Shown in pieces: positions 31,818 to 32,000 of a stretch of 32,000 nt of DNA. The stretch comes from Horticoccus luteus (GTDB lineage Bacteria; Verrucomicrobiota; Verrucomicrobiia; Opitutales; Opitutaceae). The translations under genes and the position numbers were made by a program. The DNA lies in contig NZ_CP080507.1 of assembly GCF_019464535.1 (NCBI RefSeq), forward strand, positions 2,370,001 through 2,402,000, in the 5' to 3' direction. Position 1 is the first letter of the stretch. Each line of letters opens with the position of its first letter. The notes under the pieces are model-generated. The model worked only from the letters and a program-made list of their open reading frames with translations, ran no database searches and was not told where the DNA came from.

Positions 31818-32000
31818 ATGACGGCACCCGCTTCATCCAACGACCCGCTGCATGGGGTGACGCTTGAGCGACTGCTGACGGAGCTGGTCGAGCAATTCGG
31901 TTGGGCCGAGCTCAGCCAGCACGTGAATATCCGCTGCTTCCAGTTCGATCCCAACCTCAAGTCGAGTCTCGTCTTCCTGCGCAAAACCCCGTGGGCCCGC
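31818..32000 (+). CDS. DUF2132/VF530-family small protein (partial; runs off the right window edge)
   Basis: Not in the ORF track because it is open to the window edge. The ATG at 31818 gives [61 protein letters not shown]. The motif (LHG.TLE...GW.EL...[18 protein letters not shown]) is characteristic of that family. Confidence 0.7.
   Translation, partial: MTAPASSNDPLHGVTLERLLTELVEQFGWAELSQHVNIRCFQFDPNLKSSLVFLRKTPWAR

Overview
This is a GC-rich, tightly packed bacterial chromosomal segment with strong G/C bias at codon position 3. The protein signatures (TonB-box 'VVLSPFEV' receptor, Cys-type sulfatase, mostly SD-less leaders) look like Verrucomicrobiota/Opitutales, but I cannot verify taxonomy without a search. 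I can support 30 protein-coding genes, one tRNA-Val(UAC), several hairpin terminators and a few operator-like palindromes. Most of the content is housekeeping. It includes rimO, trpF, a phosphofructokinase, a DegT-type aminotransferase, hemD-hemC, ilvN-ilvC, asd, dinG, dinB and a PP2C phosphatase. It also includes an M61 peptidase, an Rsm22-like methyltransferase, a P1B-4 heavy-metal ATPase, a sulfatase and a CvfB-like S1 protein. Three real coding regions are missing from the supplied ORF track. Two run off the window edges: a TonB-dependent receptor at 1..2191(-) and a DUF2132-like gene at 31818..32000(+). The third is a 32-codon basic ORF (5542..5640) below the track's size cutoff. Most of the very long track ORFs lie antisense to, or out of frame with, recognisable genes and are high-GC artefacts. 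Several track ORFs also carry spurious N-terminal extensions, and I give trimmed starts for those. I see no CRISPR array, transposase, integrase, phage gene or known defence module, and I did not find a convincing novel multi-gene system. The most interesting leads are listed here. (1) The small K/R-rich ORF with its own perfect terminator next to rimO. (2) A six-hairpin glycosidase-like protein whose motif order looks circularly permuted, divergent from the sulfatase. (3) A tRNA-Val sitting 27 nt upstream of an ilvB-less ilvN-ilvC pair. (4) A co-directional cluster of two DUF4252-like paralogs, dinB and a degenerate FmdB-like protein. (5) Structured operator-like repeats in two divergent intergenic regions. 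All functional calls come from motif recognition by eye and need a database search to confirm.
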